From positions 34,281 through 98,280 of the IMG/VR virus record IMGVR_UViG_3300013947_000002: a stretch of 64,000 nt of DNA; one strand, 5' to 3'. Both the position numbers and the translations under genes were made by a program. The stretch comes from a virus. Shown in pieces: positions 53,923-63,768 of this stretch. Numbering within the stretch: the first letter of the stretch is position 1; each line of letters opens with the position of its first letter. The notes below the pieces were generated by a model. The model was not told the DNA's origin, searched no databases, and saw only the letters and a program-made list of their open reading frames with translations.

Positions 53923-55463
53923 GCGCTGAATATCTAGCAGGTACAATCAATTCAATCGGCCCGTCGCAGTATGGCGGTGCTTGTAACCTCGGCTCATTGT
54001 TCCTTCATAATTTTGTTCGTAATCCATTTACTAAACAGGCACATCTTGATACTGAAGCCCTACGCGATACAATTTCTATTGCTGTCCGTATGCTTGATGA
54101 TATTATTGATGTCAATAAATTCCCCGACAAGATTTATGAGAATTATCAGAGGGGTATGCGCACCATTGGTATTGGTATTACAGGTCTAGCTGATATGCTT
54201 GCTATGCTAGGCATGAAGTATGACAGTCAAAAAGCAAGAGATTATGTTGAATCTCTAATGCAAATGATTACAAATGCTGAATATTATGCCTCTGTGCAAC
54301 TTGCTAAAGAAAAGGGTTGTTTTCCTCTGTGTGAGCCCGACAAGCATATTGACGGCGCATATGTCAAGGACGTCCTAGAAAAAGACGTACTCGATGAAAT
54401 GGCCGAGTACGGTATTCGCAATGCCAAGATTCAAGCCGTTGCCCCATGTGGCACAATCTCTATAGTATTCGGGAACAACTGCTCTAGCGGCATTGAGCCG
54501 ATTTTCTCTCTGAGTTATGACCGCAAGGCAAAGATTGGCGGTCAGGATGATAAGGATGTCAAAATCGTCAAGATGATGGACTACGCTTATTATCTATATC
54601 ATAAGCTGAAAGATGAAGGCAAGCTCCTAGATTTTGATGAACATGATATTTTCCCAACCGCTCTCAATATGTCTGTTGATGACCATGTAGCTATGCTTGC
54701 CATTATTAGCAAATACACCGACATGAGCGTTAGCAAGACAATCAACGTTCCTACTGAAGCATCGTTTAATGAAGTCAAGGACATTTATATGCAATGCTGG
54801 GAAAAAGGCATTAAGGGTTGCACCATCTTTAGACCTAATGCTATTCGTCAGGGCATTTTGCTGACTGATAATAAGCAAGGCGAAGAAAAATCTGAATCGA
54901 TGGAACCACCAACTCTCCCTCGCGGTTCAATCATCGAGCCAAGCAATGACCTGATTGGCAAAAAGCGCAAGATTCAGACAGGATGTGGCAGCTTACACGT
55001 CATCGGCTTCTTTGACCCCATTGATGGCAGTCTACAAGAGGTATATTTCAACAAAGGCTCGACAGGCGGATGCCAGAATTTCATGGTTGGTCTGAGTCGC
55101 GCAATCAGCCTACTATGCCGTGCCGGTGTAGATATTATGACCATCAAAGACCAGCTTGATTCAACAGGTGTATGCCCCTCTTATGCTACGCGCAGAGCAA
55201 CCAACCATGATACCAGTAAGGGGTCTTGTTGCCCCATGGCTATTGGCAATGCTCTAGTTGATATGTATAATGAGATGCAAGCAGAGCTAGATGATAAAGA
55301 GGATGACGATAAGCCGGTAAAGAAAGTACCGATTAAATCCGAGATTGGCAAAGTAAACGTATTAAATACGAACAATGGTGTATGCCCTGAATGTGGCGAA
55401 CCGCTTGTGTTTGAGGGCGGTTGCTGCACCTGTAAGTCATGTGGATATACAAAGTGCGAATAA
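53923..55463 (+). CDS. nrdJ: class II ribonucleotide reductase, exon 3
   Basis: Starts (C)AEYLAG...YGGACNLGSLFL. C-terminal CPECGEPLVFEGGCCTCKSCG Zn-ribbon. Confidence 0.8.
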
Positions 55464-55481
55464 ATAAGGAGGATTAACCAA

Positions 55482-55706
55482 ATGACAGAACCCCGTATCA
55501 ATTTCTATAAGAATCGACTAGGTGATGAGGACTGGATTTGCTCATGTGATGAACTTGACCTCATGTCCGAACCAAACAAAGGTGACCTACTATGGTTGCC
55601 CCTAGATGGTGATGACGAAGGCCGCGAGATGTATGTAGTCATGCAGAAATATATCTCAGGTGATGAAATTGCCTATTTCTGCAAGCCATATAATTGGGAG
55701 GATTGA
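55482..55706 (+). CDS. hypothetical protein
   Basis: ATG follows AAGGAGGA. Confidence 0.5.
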   Translation: MTEPRINFYKNRLGDEDWICSCDELDLMSEPNKGDLLWLPLDGDDEGREMYVVMQKYISGDEIAYFCKPYNWED

Positions 55707-55707
55707 G

Positions 55708-55950
55708 ATGAAGTACCTACTAAGATTTTTTATCAACTATGCAAATTGTTGCAAAACAAAACATCAATATGAATACACTTATGCCGCCCGTATGCTAGTG
55801 CCACGCATTGGTGAGCACGTCTGGCTACCAACAGAAGATGGGCTAGGTGCTAGATATCTAGTTCGCAATGTTGAATACGACCTATATAACAGTAGAGATA
55901 TTAATATATATGTCGTAAAAGATGATGAAGCAGATGAGGAGGATTACTAA
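55708..55950 (+). CDS. hypothetical protein
   Basis: ATG follows GGGAGGA. Confidence 0.5.
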   Translation: MKYLLRFFINYANCCKTKHQYEYTYAARMLVPRIGEHVWLPTEDGLGARYLVRNVEYDLYNSRDINIYVVKDDEADEEDY

Positions 55951-56160
55951 TTGCCAGATTATTTTGTTGAGTTGAAGAAACATCCAACAGATGACGATTG
56001 GGCATGGTGTAAATATTGCACGTTGAACACAGTGGGGAAGAGCGCAACAGCTCTTCCCTCCGATGAATGGAAACGCAAGCTAATCGCATCTGAGCATAGT
56101 CCACTTAGAGAGTTATGGTTTGGCGTTCATATGGTCATCCCATATTGGGTGTCAGTGCAT
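55951..56160 (+). CDS. ThyX-like (flavin-dependent thymidylate synthase family) protein, exon 1
   Basis: TTG start. Contains ...ASEHSPLRELWFGVHMVIPYWVSVH and ends at T56160. Confidence 0.5.
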
Positions 56161-57181
56161 TAACATAAAAGTGCCCTTACATAGTAATATGTATTGAAAA
56201 CTCCGTTAACTTGTAATTGCAAGGTGTGAAGTTAACTTTTTAAGGTCGGCAAGGAAATATGCCGTTTATAACTTTGCTAACAGGGGAAATCTAAGGTTGA
56301 CACTATGACAACCCTGTGCTATAATTAAAATGTCCAGAGAAAGAAGGAGGTGAGAATTTTGAAGAAAATTAACATAGTTAACAATATTTATTCTTCCAAT
56401 CATTACGGTGATTTTATTGTAGAGAAAGAGCTAAATTCGCAAGGAACAAGCACATATTATCAAGTCCGCTTTTTGAAAACTGGTACAGTATGCAAGGCTG
56501 AAAAACATAACATTAAAAAAGGTTCCGTAGCCGATTGCTATGCTAAAACAATTTATGGTGTTGCTTGTCGAGGGCAAGCATCTTCCAGACATCCTACTTT
56601 AAACAAAGTAGCTTTTAAGCGTTGGACGGCTATGGTGTCCCGTTGTTATAATCAAAATGATATTGGTTATAAATCTTATGGTGGTAAAGGTTATACCGTA
56701 TCTGATAGTTGGCTTTGTTTTGAAAATTATATACGAGACATTGTTGATATTGAAGGTTTTAATGAAGAAAAATATCTCAAAGGCATCATTCAATTGGATA
56801 AAGATATTAAAGCCCCCGGTAACAAAGAATATTCTGCCGACAAGTGCATATTTCTAAATGCTTCTATTAATAAGAGAAATCAACCTTCAAAGCAAAGAGA
56901 TTTTTATGCTATTTCACCACAAGGACAACAATTCATATATAATAACGCTAATGCCTGTGCCAAAGAAAACAACCTAACCGCAAGAACTATCTTAAAATGT
57001 TTGAAAGGTCAATTCTCACAACACAAAGGCTGGACATTCAAATATGTAGTCTAACGACTATCTCGAAAGAGAGTAGAGCAATTATGAAATGAATTGCTCG
57101 AAAAGCGGAGAACCCATATCTTTATGGGTTGTGATATAGTCTACTCCCCTAATAAATATCGGGAAACCGAGGGTATAAAGG
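56161..57181 (+). mobile_element. group I intron (1021 nt) with homing-endonuclease ORF
   Basis: IGS GTGC (56171-74) pairs with exon GCAT. GCTAACAGGGGAAATCTAAGG, CTAACGACTA and GATATAGTCTACTCC. The 3' end GGGTATAAAGG is homologous to the RNAP intron. Confidence 0.75.
56359..57054 (+). CDS. intron-encoded homing-endonuclease-like protein
   Basis: TTG start 8 nt after AGGAGG. FKRWTAMVSRCYNQND..YGGKGYTVSDSW. Paralog of the 3298 and 35030 genes. Confidence 0.65.
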   Translation: MKKINIVNNIYSSNHYGDFIVEKELNSQGTSTYYQVRFLKTGTVCKAEKHNIKKGSVADCYAKTIYGVACRGQASSRHPTLNKVAFKRWTAMVSRCYNQNDIGYKSYGGKGYTVSDSWLCFENYIRDIVDIEGFNEEKYLKGIIQLDKDIKAPGNKEYSADKCIFLNASINKRNQPSKQRDFYAISPQGQQFIYNNANACAKENNLTARTILKCLKGQFSQHKGWTFKYVV

Positions 57182-57517
57182 TTTGTACGTCATCATATCG
57201 GTTGTAACCACTATGTCCAATCTCAGAGAAATGATAGACAAGATAAATACGACCGTAACAAAGCGCCGCAAGATGAGCTAGTCAGTCATGTTATGTCGAT
57301 TAACGCCCAAGAGCTTGTATTTATGTCCCATAAGCGCCTGTGCAATCAAGCATCTCCTGAAACACATAAGGTAATGCAACAGATTGTTGATGAGGTGATT
57401 AAAACTAATCCTGAATTTAAGGATTATCTAGTGCCGTTATGTGAATATAGAGGCGGTTTATGCACCGAGTTCCATCCATGTGGATATAATAAAAAATTTA
57501 AGGAGAAGCAAGAATGA
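57182..57517 (+). CDS. ThyX-like protein, exon 2
   Basis: Starts FVRHHIGCNHYVQSQRND (a divergent RHR..S..SxR motif) and continues NAQELVFMSHKRLCNQASPETHKVM. Confidence 0.5.
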   Translation, partial: FVRHHIGCNHYVQSQRNDRQDKYDRNKAPQDELVSHVMSINAQELVFMSHKRLCNQASPETHKVMQQIVDEVIKTNPEFKDYLVPLCEYRGGLCTEFHPCGYNKKFKEKQE

Positions 57518-57837
57518 CTAAAATTTTTATCTCTCAGCCAATGAATGGCAAGACAAATGAAGAAATCCTTAAAGCGAGAGAAGATATTACTACTAGATTA
57601 TCAGCGCAATTTGCTAGATGCAACACATATATTGAGATTATTGATTCGTTCTTCAAAGATGCCTCACACGATGCCAAGCCTCTATGGTATCTAGGCGAAT
57701 CAATTAAGTTAATGAGTGAAGCAGACATTGTGTTCTTCTGTGACGGTTGGCAAGCCGCTAGAGGTTGTCAGATTGAGCATGATTGCGCTCTTGAATATGG
57801 CATTGATACTATGTATGAGGAGGATTTAATTTGTTGA
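57514..57837 (+). CDS. DUF4406 / nucleoside 2-deoxyribosyltransferase-like protein
   Basis: Contains IFISQPMNGKT...ADIVFFCDGWQAARGCQIEHDCALEYG. Confidence 0.55.
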   Translation: MTKIFISQPMNGKTNEEILKAREDITTRLSAQFARCNTYIEIIDSFFKDASHDAKPLWYLGESIKLMSEADIVFFCDGWQAARGCQIEHDCALEYGIDTMYEEDLIC

Positions 57838-58328
57838 AGATTAAAGCAAAGCGCATAACCGATACTGCCAAGTTACCTACTTATGGTAGCGAACGCGCGG
57901 CTTGTATGGATTTATATGCGGATTTAAGTGACCATTGCATCACGCTTAATCCGGATGTAGAAGTGCGCAATATTAGTGGCAATGAAAACGGCCCGATTCA
58001 GCGTGTGGGTATTGCGCCCCATAGCACCATCAAAATTCCTACAGGTTGGGCATTTCAGCCACCTGAAGGATATATGCTACAGATTCTACAGCGCTCCGGT
58101 CTAGCAAGCAAAGGGCTAATCCCGATTGGTGGGGTAGTAGATAATGATTATGTTGGCGAGGTTACAATCATTCTTCTTAATACAACTGACGATTATATCT
58201 TCGTACAGAACGGCGACCGTATTGCCCAAATGGCTCTACGCAAGTATTATCAAGCTGACTTCGAGCTAGTTGATGAGCTAGATGAAACAGAGCGTGGGGA
58301 CGGTGGGTTTGGCTCTACTGGCACATGA
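57831..58328 (+). CDS. dut: dUTP diphosphatase
   Basis: Contains GGVVDNDYVGEV, DRIAQM and ERGDGGFGSTG. Confidence 0.85.
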   Translation: MLKIKAKRITDTAKLPTYGSERAACMDLYADLSDHCITLNPDVEVRNISGNENGPIQRVGIAPHSTIKIPTGWAFQPPEGYMLQILQRSGLASKGLIPIGGVVDNDYVGEVTIILLNTTDDYIFVQNGDRIAQMALRKYYQADFELVDELDETERGDGGFGSTGT

Positions 58329-58555
58329 TTCTACCGCGACTATGTATCAATGGTAGCAGATACCGTGTAGAGCTGTATTATCCTGAAGACCCAGATAATC
58401 CCATTGCCACCATGTCTGGCTCGGCTCGTTCATCATGTGACCTATTTGCCAATATGCTATATATGGTGCTAGAGAATTATGATGACGGCTATGACGTAGG
58501 CTACAATGACGCAATAGATGATATGGAAGGAGGCGAATTTGATGTGGAAGTTTAG
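58325..58555 (+). CDS. hypothetical protein
   Basis: ATGA-coupled ORF. Confidence 0.5.
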   Translation: MILPRLCINGSRYRVELYYPEDPDNPIATMSGSARSSCDLFANMLYMVLENYDDGYDVGYNDAIDDMEGGEFDVEV

Positions 58556-58832
58556 ACCAATCGGACTCTACTACGAGCTATTAGTCGATGACGACAGTAT
58601 CTATCTATGCCGTAAACGAGACACGATTATTCAAGCCGTGATTGAGGATTTATGCGATAGACATAATCGAGCAATGGCGGCATATGAAAACCTAGATACT
58701 GATATTGTCAGTTGTGATGAGGCGTATCTGAATGGACTAGAAGATGGCAAGGAATATGGTTATACAAACGGCTACGATGATGGATATAAACGTGGCGTTG
58801 CAGATGCTCTAGGCAAAGATACTATAGAATAA
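58542..58832 (+). CDS. hypothetical protein
   Basis: ATG is 8 nt after GGAGG. Confidence 0.5.
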   Translation: MWKFRPIGLYYELLVDDDSIYLCRKRDTIIQAVIEDLCDRHNRAMAAYENLDTDIVSCDEAYLNGLEDGKEYGYTNGYDDGYKRGVADALGKDTIE

Positions 58833-58886
58833 AAAAATGGGGAACATGATTACAGATATTTATTCTGCCATGTTCCCCATAAATTT
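58831..58886. terminator. terminator between convergent blocks
   Basis: ATGGGGAACATG (58837-48) pairs with CATGTTCCCCAT (58869-80). The A6 run on the left gives a T-run for the minus-strand transcript. Confidence 0.75.
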
Positions 58887-58889
58887 ATA

Positions 58890-59420
58890 TTAGTCGCCAG
58901 CAACCGCTTTCATCACAATCTTAAATGTTTGGTCACCAGTATTCTTGACTTGTTTAGCTTCAGTAGTATATCCTGTTTTAGTGGCCGTGACAGTGTATGT
59001 ATCGCCAATGCCACTTAGCAGAAATTGCTTGGCATTGTCGCTAACAGGGTCGACCTCTTCGCCATCAGCATCGGTGACAGTAATGATAGCATCCTTTGGT
59101 GTTACATCAACAGTCAATACAAAACCGTCCTGTAGCTCAACAGTGCCCTTTACAACCTTGAAAAAACGTCCATCAAGACCAACACCACAATTGCCCCTAC
59201 CGACAACAGGCGTACCAACTTCCTCGCCTTCGCTATTGTGTAGAGTAATAAGCTTAGCGCCGCCAACCGCAGCCACGGCAAATAGTGCTCCATCCCAGAG
59301 CTGACCGCAAGTAGAAACTGCCTTAGATTTATCAACAGTTGTTGCATCAACATCGCAAATCACCCCGTTAATTAGTTTGAGCGTTGAACCGAGCTTGATG
59401 CCCCCACAAAAATTAGCCAT
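58890..59420 (-). CDS. tail-associated protein with C-terminal Ig-like beta-sandwich
   Basis: TVDVTPKDAIITVTDADGEEV...YTVTATKTGYTTEAKQV pattern. Confidence 0.45.
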   Translation of the reverse strand: MANFCGGIKLGSTLKLINGVICDVDATTVDKSKAVSTCGQLWDGALFAVAAVGGAKLITLHNSEGEEVGTPVVGRGNCGVGLDGRFFKVVKGTVELQDGFVLTVDVTPKDAIITVTDADGEEVDPVSDNAKQFLLSGIGDTYTVTATKTGYTTEAKQVKNTGDQTFKIVMKAVAGD

Positions 59421-59440
59421 GTTCTATCCTCCATCCTCTA

Positions 59441-60166
59441 TTATGTTTTAGATACCCATGCAAGAGCGCCGTCAACAACACCTAGCACCTTTCCATTATC
59501 ATCAGCAGTAAAGGCTGGAACGGCGATAGCGGTAGAGGCTAGAGCACCCACGTCAGATGCTGTCAATGTAATATCAGCCGATAGAGCCTTGCCGTTCACC
59601 TTGCGTGTGGTTGGAACCTTGCCATCAAGAGCGGTTTTGGTTGCCGTAGAGACAGGTTTGTTTGCATCGGATGTATTGTCTACATTGCCAAGTCCAACGT
59701 CGCCCTTTACAAGTGTCACATTTGCGGAAAGTGCATGACCTGCCACCGTTCTTGTAGTAGGTACAGCGCCAACATCGCTTGCAGACAGGGCGATAGCACC
59801 AGTCTTCGTATTAACAGACTGCACGGGCGCTCCGCTTGTTGTGATAAACTTGGAATCATTGGTTAATTCGCTAACCTTAGTAGGAACGGCGCTTGTTTTC
59901 GCATAACCGGTGAGCGCAGAATTTGTAATAAATCCGTTGTCGTTCTGTAGTTCACTTGTCTTGGTTGGGATAACGGTTGTATCATCGAGCGCTCCAATAT
60001 CGGATGCGCTTAGTACGACTTCGCCAGTTTTACCATTGACAGAGGTCACATCTCCACCACTACCAGACTTAGTGTTAAGCACGGGTCTACCTAATTCATC
60101 CTTAGTATATTCAAACTGATCTGCATTAAGTAAGCATCCACCATCATTTGCTCTAATTGTTGCCAT
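59441..60166 (-). CDS. tail fibre protein with internal repeats
   Basis: Repeats VNGKTGEVVLSASDIGAL, VNTKTGAIALSASDVGAV and VNGKALSADITLTASDVGAL. Confidence 0.65.
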   Translation of the reverse strand: MATIRANDGGCLLNADQFEYTKDELGRPVLNTKSGSGGDVTSVNGKTGEVVLSASDIGALDDTTVIPTKTSELQNDNGFITNSALTGYAKTSAVPTKVSELTNDSKFITTSGAPVQSVNTKTGAIALSASDVGAVPTTRTVAGHALSANVTLVKGDVGLGNVDNTSDANKPVSTATKTALDGKVPTTRKVNGKALSADITLTASDVGALASTAIAVPAFTADDNGKVLGVVDGALAWVSKT

Positions 60167-60195
60167 ATATAATCATTCCTTTCATTATTTATGTA

Positions 60196-61365
60196 TTAAA
60201 TAGCCGAACCAGCACCTAAAGCAACAATGTATACGTCTAGGTCTGTTGTCGCAGAAGTATTGTTAATATAGATACTATTATCCACAGCGCCCTTTGCCAA
60301 TGTCCATTCCTTCAGCTCACTCACATTGGCAATATTAACAGTAGAGCCACATACATATGCGATAGCAAGACCGCTATGCACAGCATCACAAGCCGTTAGC
60401 ATATATACGCCATTTGGCAACGTAGTAATAGCGCCCGTGTTCTTGCCCTGCCGCACCATCTTCTTTGTTGCTGTCTCATCTTTTACCTCTTGTGTAAGGT
60501 AAGCTAAATTAACAGCATGATTGGGAGCTGTGGGCGTGCCGACGTTGATTGGGCGATATGTAGACTGACTATCAGGTGCTAATACAGCCGCTTCGTTATT
60601 AGTGGTGCTTGTAATGCGAACGCCATTAGTGCCAGCAGTATGGACGACATTGCCAATATATAATGGATATTGGTCAGCAGTCGATATTTCCTGAACATCG
60701 GTAATGCTATTAGCCGCCATGCTGAGATTGCCGTCCATTGTACCGCCTGTCAGCTGTAAATACTCAGCCGCTTGGTCAACATCTGACCATTCATCATTAA
60801 CTGGGTCAGCAGTATGGAAATAATTGACAGCCCGAGTATGGACTAATTGCCCATTCGTAGTAACCTGTGTATATCCAAATGTAAAGCCAGCATCACCACT
60901 CTCTGCAATTTGAGCGTTCATCAATGGTAGCCGCACATCACCATTTCCAATAGATACAGCGATATTTTCTTTGGCATCAAATGCGGTCTTAATTTCGACC
61001 CATGTCTTATTGGCGGTATATGTGCCATCTTGATGGTCAGTCAGGATGACAATGAAATCCTCAGATGCCAATGCTTGCCAATGAGTAACTGAGCCGTCAT
61101 TAGCTAGAAAATGACCCGCTGTCTCAGATGTGATAGGTGGCAAGCCCGTATCAACCGCAGTGGTATCATCGGGTTGCTCTACCCATTCAGCAGATGCACC
61201 ATTGTAGATATACCGCTTAGCTGTATCAATCTCATAGAATTTATCGGCATTGACTGCATCGATTGCCGACTTATCATCTGTGCTCAAGCCGCAATATTCA
61301 GCGTATCTTGGCGCGTCATAATAGGATGGTCTAGTTAACGTAATCACACCTTGCCCTCCATCCAT
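60196..61365 (-). CDS. tail fibre/baseplate-associated structural protein
   Basis: 389-aa ORF in the fibre cluster. N-terminal ITLTRPSYYDAPR motif is shared with the upstream small ORF. Confidence 0.5.
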   Translation of the reverse strand: MDGGQGVITLTRPSYYDAPRYAEYCGLSTDDKSAIDAVNADKFYEIDTAKRYIYNGASAEWVEQPDDTTAVDTGLPPITSETAGHFLANDGSVTHWQALASEDFIVILTDHQDGTYTANKTWVEIKTAFDAKENIAVSIGNGDVRLPLMNAQIAESGDAGFTFGYTQVTTNGQLVHTRAVNYFHTADPVNDEWSDVDQAAEYLQLTGGTMDGNLSMAANSITDVQEISTADQYPLYIGNVVHTAGTNGVRITSTTNNEAAVLAPDSQSTYRPINVGTPTAPNHAVNLAYLTQEVKDETATKKMVRQGKNTGAITTLPNGVYMLTACDAVHSGLAIAYVCGSTVNIANVSELKEWTLAKGAVDNSIYINNTSATTDLDVYIVALGAGSAI

Positions 61366-61523
61366 TGATTATTTTCAGCGTCATAGCGATATGTGCGCCC
61401 TGTATCTAGCTCGTGATATGTCGCACCATTCTCTATATTGCTTGGCTTAGTATCAATAGAGCGCCCGGTAAATTCAGGCGCTCTTGGTGTAGTATAATAT
61501 GCTGGACGATATAATGTTATCAT
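61344..61523 (-). CDS. small structural-module protein (59 aa)
   Basis: MITLYRPAYYTTPRAPEF... Just under the track cutoff. Confidence 0.4.
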   Translation of the reverse strand: MITLYRPAYYTTPRAPEFTGRSIDTKPSNIENGATYHELDTGRTYRYDAENNQWMEGKV

Positions 61524-61538
61524 GGTATCATCCTTTCT

Positions 61539-62861
61539 TTAATTTTTTGCTTTAATATAGGTATACAACCCACTTGCAATAGATATCGATGGTAAATTAG
61601 CACTAACTGCAATATTGCTTTCATAGACAGTAGTATCAACCATCGCGTAATACTTGTCCTTACCGACCAAGATTGGCACTGTTGAAATAATGGGGTTGGA
61701 TTGTTTGTATAAATTATTACTTTTGTCAACATAATAACCAGAGCTAGTAACTAGATAATCTTCCGTGACTGTTATAGTGTGACCTCTATCTCTACTCGCC
61801 TTATACGTATCCTCTATAATTTTAGACCAGTTGCCACTTAATGATGCACTACGAAGAAGCGTAAAAGTTTCTTCCGATTGGGAACTACCTGAAGCATACA
61901 TAGCTATATAATAATACCCGTTAAAATATTTCAAATCTGTCATAGTGCCGATTCTTGTTTCCGCAGAAGACGTATAACTCGTAATAGAGTTTTGAGCATC
62001 TACAACATCTATACTAAATGTGGCCGTGGTTGAGCTTGAGGTTGTTGAGCGACCACCACTGAAAATTGCAACCCCCTCGGGAAGTGCTGACAATTTTCCT
62101 ATATCTGAGACGTGAAGTATGACTGGCGTTTGTCCGAAATCGTCATAGATGAACAAGCTCTCACTGTCATCACTCAAATTTGGGTCTCTTGTAGATAAAT
62201 AATATTTGCCGTTCCAATATGTTGCACCATAAATTCTGCGACTACATCCATTTATTGTTGCAAAATTCGAAATTTGTACATCCTCACCAGAATAATACCG
62301 GTAGTCATACGTGTAAGTGGAGGCACCCGTTTGGTTATATGTAACTATAAAAGTATTACCCACGCACCATACGTCAATCGATTTGGACATAGAGAATAAA
62401 CTACGCCAAAATAATAAGTCTGCACTATAATAACAATGATAAAAGTTGCCGTCTTTTTTATCAGATGCTCCCACAAATGCATCCCCAGATGTTGTAATTT
62501 TATTAACAACGTTACTGAGTGTTGTCAAAGTGGCTCCTTTGTTAATCCAATTAAACGGTTTATCTCCAAGAATTTCAACCAATACTGGATAATCAGCTTG
62601 TGTTATTTGTTGACCATTACACAATAACCACTTATCACCAAGATTAGTTCTTGTTGTAGTTAATGTATCACCAATCTGATAAGTTCCACCATCTTTGGTA
62701 ATAGATTGTAAAGCATCGTCTAATGTTGAACCTGATGGTAAATTAGTTGATGCTTGAGCAGTTGAATCGAGCAATACTTGACCGCTATTTGTTTCTGGAT
62801 ATAAAGTATCGAAATCTGTACCATTATACTCTTTTATTGTAAATAAAGAAATTTCTCCCAT
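61539..62861 (-). CDS. receptor-binding tail fibre with phage tail-collar motif
   Basis: GDKWLLCNGQQITQADYPVLVEILG (tail-collar-like). Confidence 0.6.
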   Translation of the reverse strand: MGEISLFTIKEYNGTDFDTLYPETNSGQVLLDSTAQASTNLPSGSTLDDALQSITKDGGTYQIGDTLTTTRTNLGDKWLLCNGQQITQADYPVLVEILGDKPFNWINKGATLTTLSNVVNKITTSGDAFVGASDKKDGNFYHCYYSADLLFWRSLFSMSKSIDVWCVGNTFIVTYNQTGASTYTYDYRYYSGEDVQISNFATINGCSRRIYGATYWNGKYYLSTRDPNLSDDSESLFIYDDFGQTPVILHVSDIGKLSALPEGVAIFSGGRSTTSSSTTATFSIDVVDAQNSITSYTSSAETRIGTMTDLKYFNGYYYIAMYASGSSQSEETFTLLRSASLSGNWSKIIEDTYKASRDRGHTITVTEDYLVTSSGYYVDKSNNLYKQSNPIISTVPILVGKDKYYAMVDTTVYESNIAVSANLPSISIASGLYTYIKAKN

Positions 62862-62864
62862 ATC

Positions 62865-63152
62865 TTATCCCTTCAATTGAAAATATACTTCGCCATTTAA
62901 CATCCCAACAGGCGGTTGAGTAACAACCTGAATTTTATTCTGCTTGAAGGTTGGGTCAGATATAGACTGCACCTCTACGATACGATCAGTCACATAATTA
63001 AACAACGCCGCAATTACCGTCTTGTCAGTTAGTTGGTCATTTTGCAGGATAGCCAGTGCCGCCTCATATTGACCATCGGTCATGTATTGCTTAAATTGTG
63101 TATTCAAGTCTACGTCAGACAAGTGCATATCTTGATATTTCATAGTCATCAT
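62865..63152 (-). CDS. hypothetical structural-module protein
   Basis: ATGA overlap with the upstream stop. Confidence 0.45.
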   Translation of the reverse strand: MMTMKYQDMHLSDVDLNTQFKQYMTDGQYEAALAILQNDQLTDKTVIAALFNYVTDRIVEVQSISDPTFKQNKIQVVTQPPVGMLNGEVYFQLKG

Positions 63153-63475
63153 ATCTTTACCACCCCTGTCACGTGAAACCAAAAATCCGTAGCTTCTTGA
63201 TATTGAGGCTGAGTCTCAGACACAACATAGGCTGGGCTATATCTATCAGCAAAATATTGTTCCGTTGCTGTCAAGCCATCCAACACATCATTCATCAATC
63301 CAGCCGAGATAATTTTTCGTTGACCGCTTGGGATCTCAGATAATATCTGTTGCGCCACATCATAACTGCCAGCCTCCATAGCCTCTTGGTATTGCTTGAC
63401 AAGCTCGGCATCATCAGCTGTAATATCAAGCATCGTTGGGAATGTATCTACACTGTTAGGAAAGTTAGTTGCCAT
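63149..63475 (-). CDS. hypothetical tail-module protein
   Basis: N-terminus reads MATNFPNSVDTFP, typical of fibre-associated proteins. Confidence 0.45.
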   Translation of the reverse strand: MATNFPNSVDTFPTMLDITADDAELVKQYQEAMEAGSYDVAQQILSEIPSGQRKIISAGLMNDVLDGLTATEQYFADRYSPAYVVSETQPQYQEATDFWFHVTGVVKI

Positions 63476-63495
63476 TTAATCGCCCCTTTCCATAT

Positions 63496-63762
63496 TTAAC
63501 TATATTCATTTATGTCTTCGTTCTTTTTAGCAAAGATGCGCTTAAACGCTAGGGAAATCAGCTCAAAACCAAATGCGCCAGCCGCATAAATTAACACGTC
63601 GCTAAGGTCGCATCCAATCGTCTCACCCCAGCGTATGACCGCATACGTTTTTAAGCAAGCCGCCCATAGCATAACAATGGTCAAGAGCCGAAGACAATAT
63701 ATTACAATTGTCCTCGACATCTCACCCTTAGCCCATCTTCGCTTATTTTTAAGCTTAATCAT
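63496..63762 (-). CDS. two-TM membrane protein (holin candidate)
   Basis: IVIYCLRLLTIVMLWAACL and VLIYAAGAFGFELISLAF, with a charged C-terminus. Confidence 0.4.
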   Translation of the reverse strand: MIKLKNKRRWAKGEMSRTIVIYCLRLLTIVMLWAACLKTYAVIRWGETIGCDLSDVLIYAAGAFGFELISLAFKRIFAKKNEDINEYS

Positions 63763-63768
63763 GGGTTA

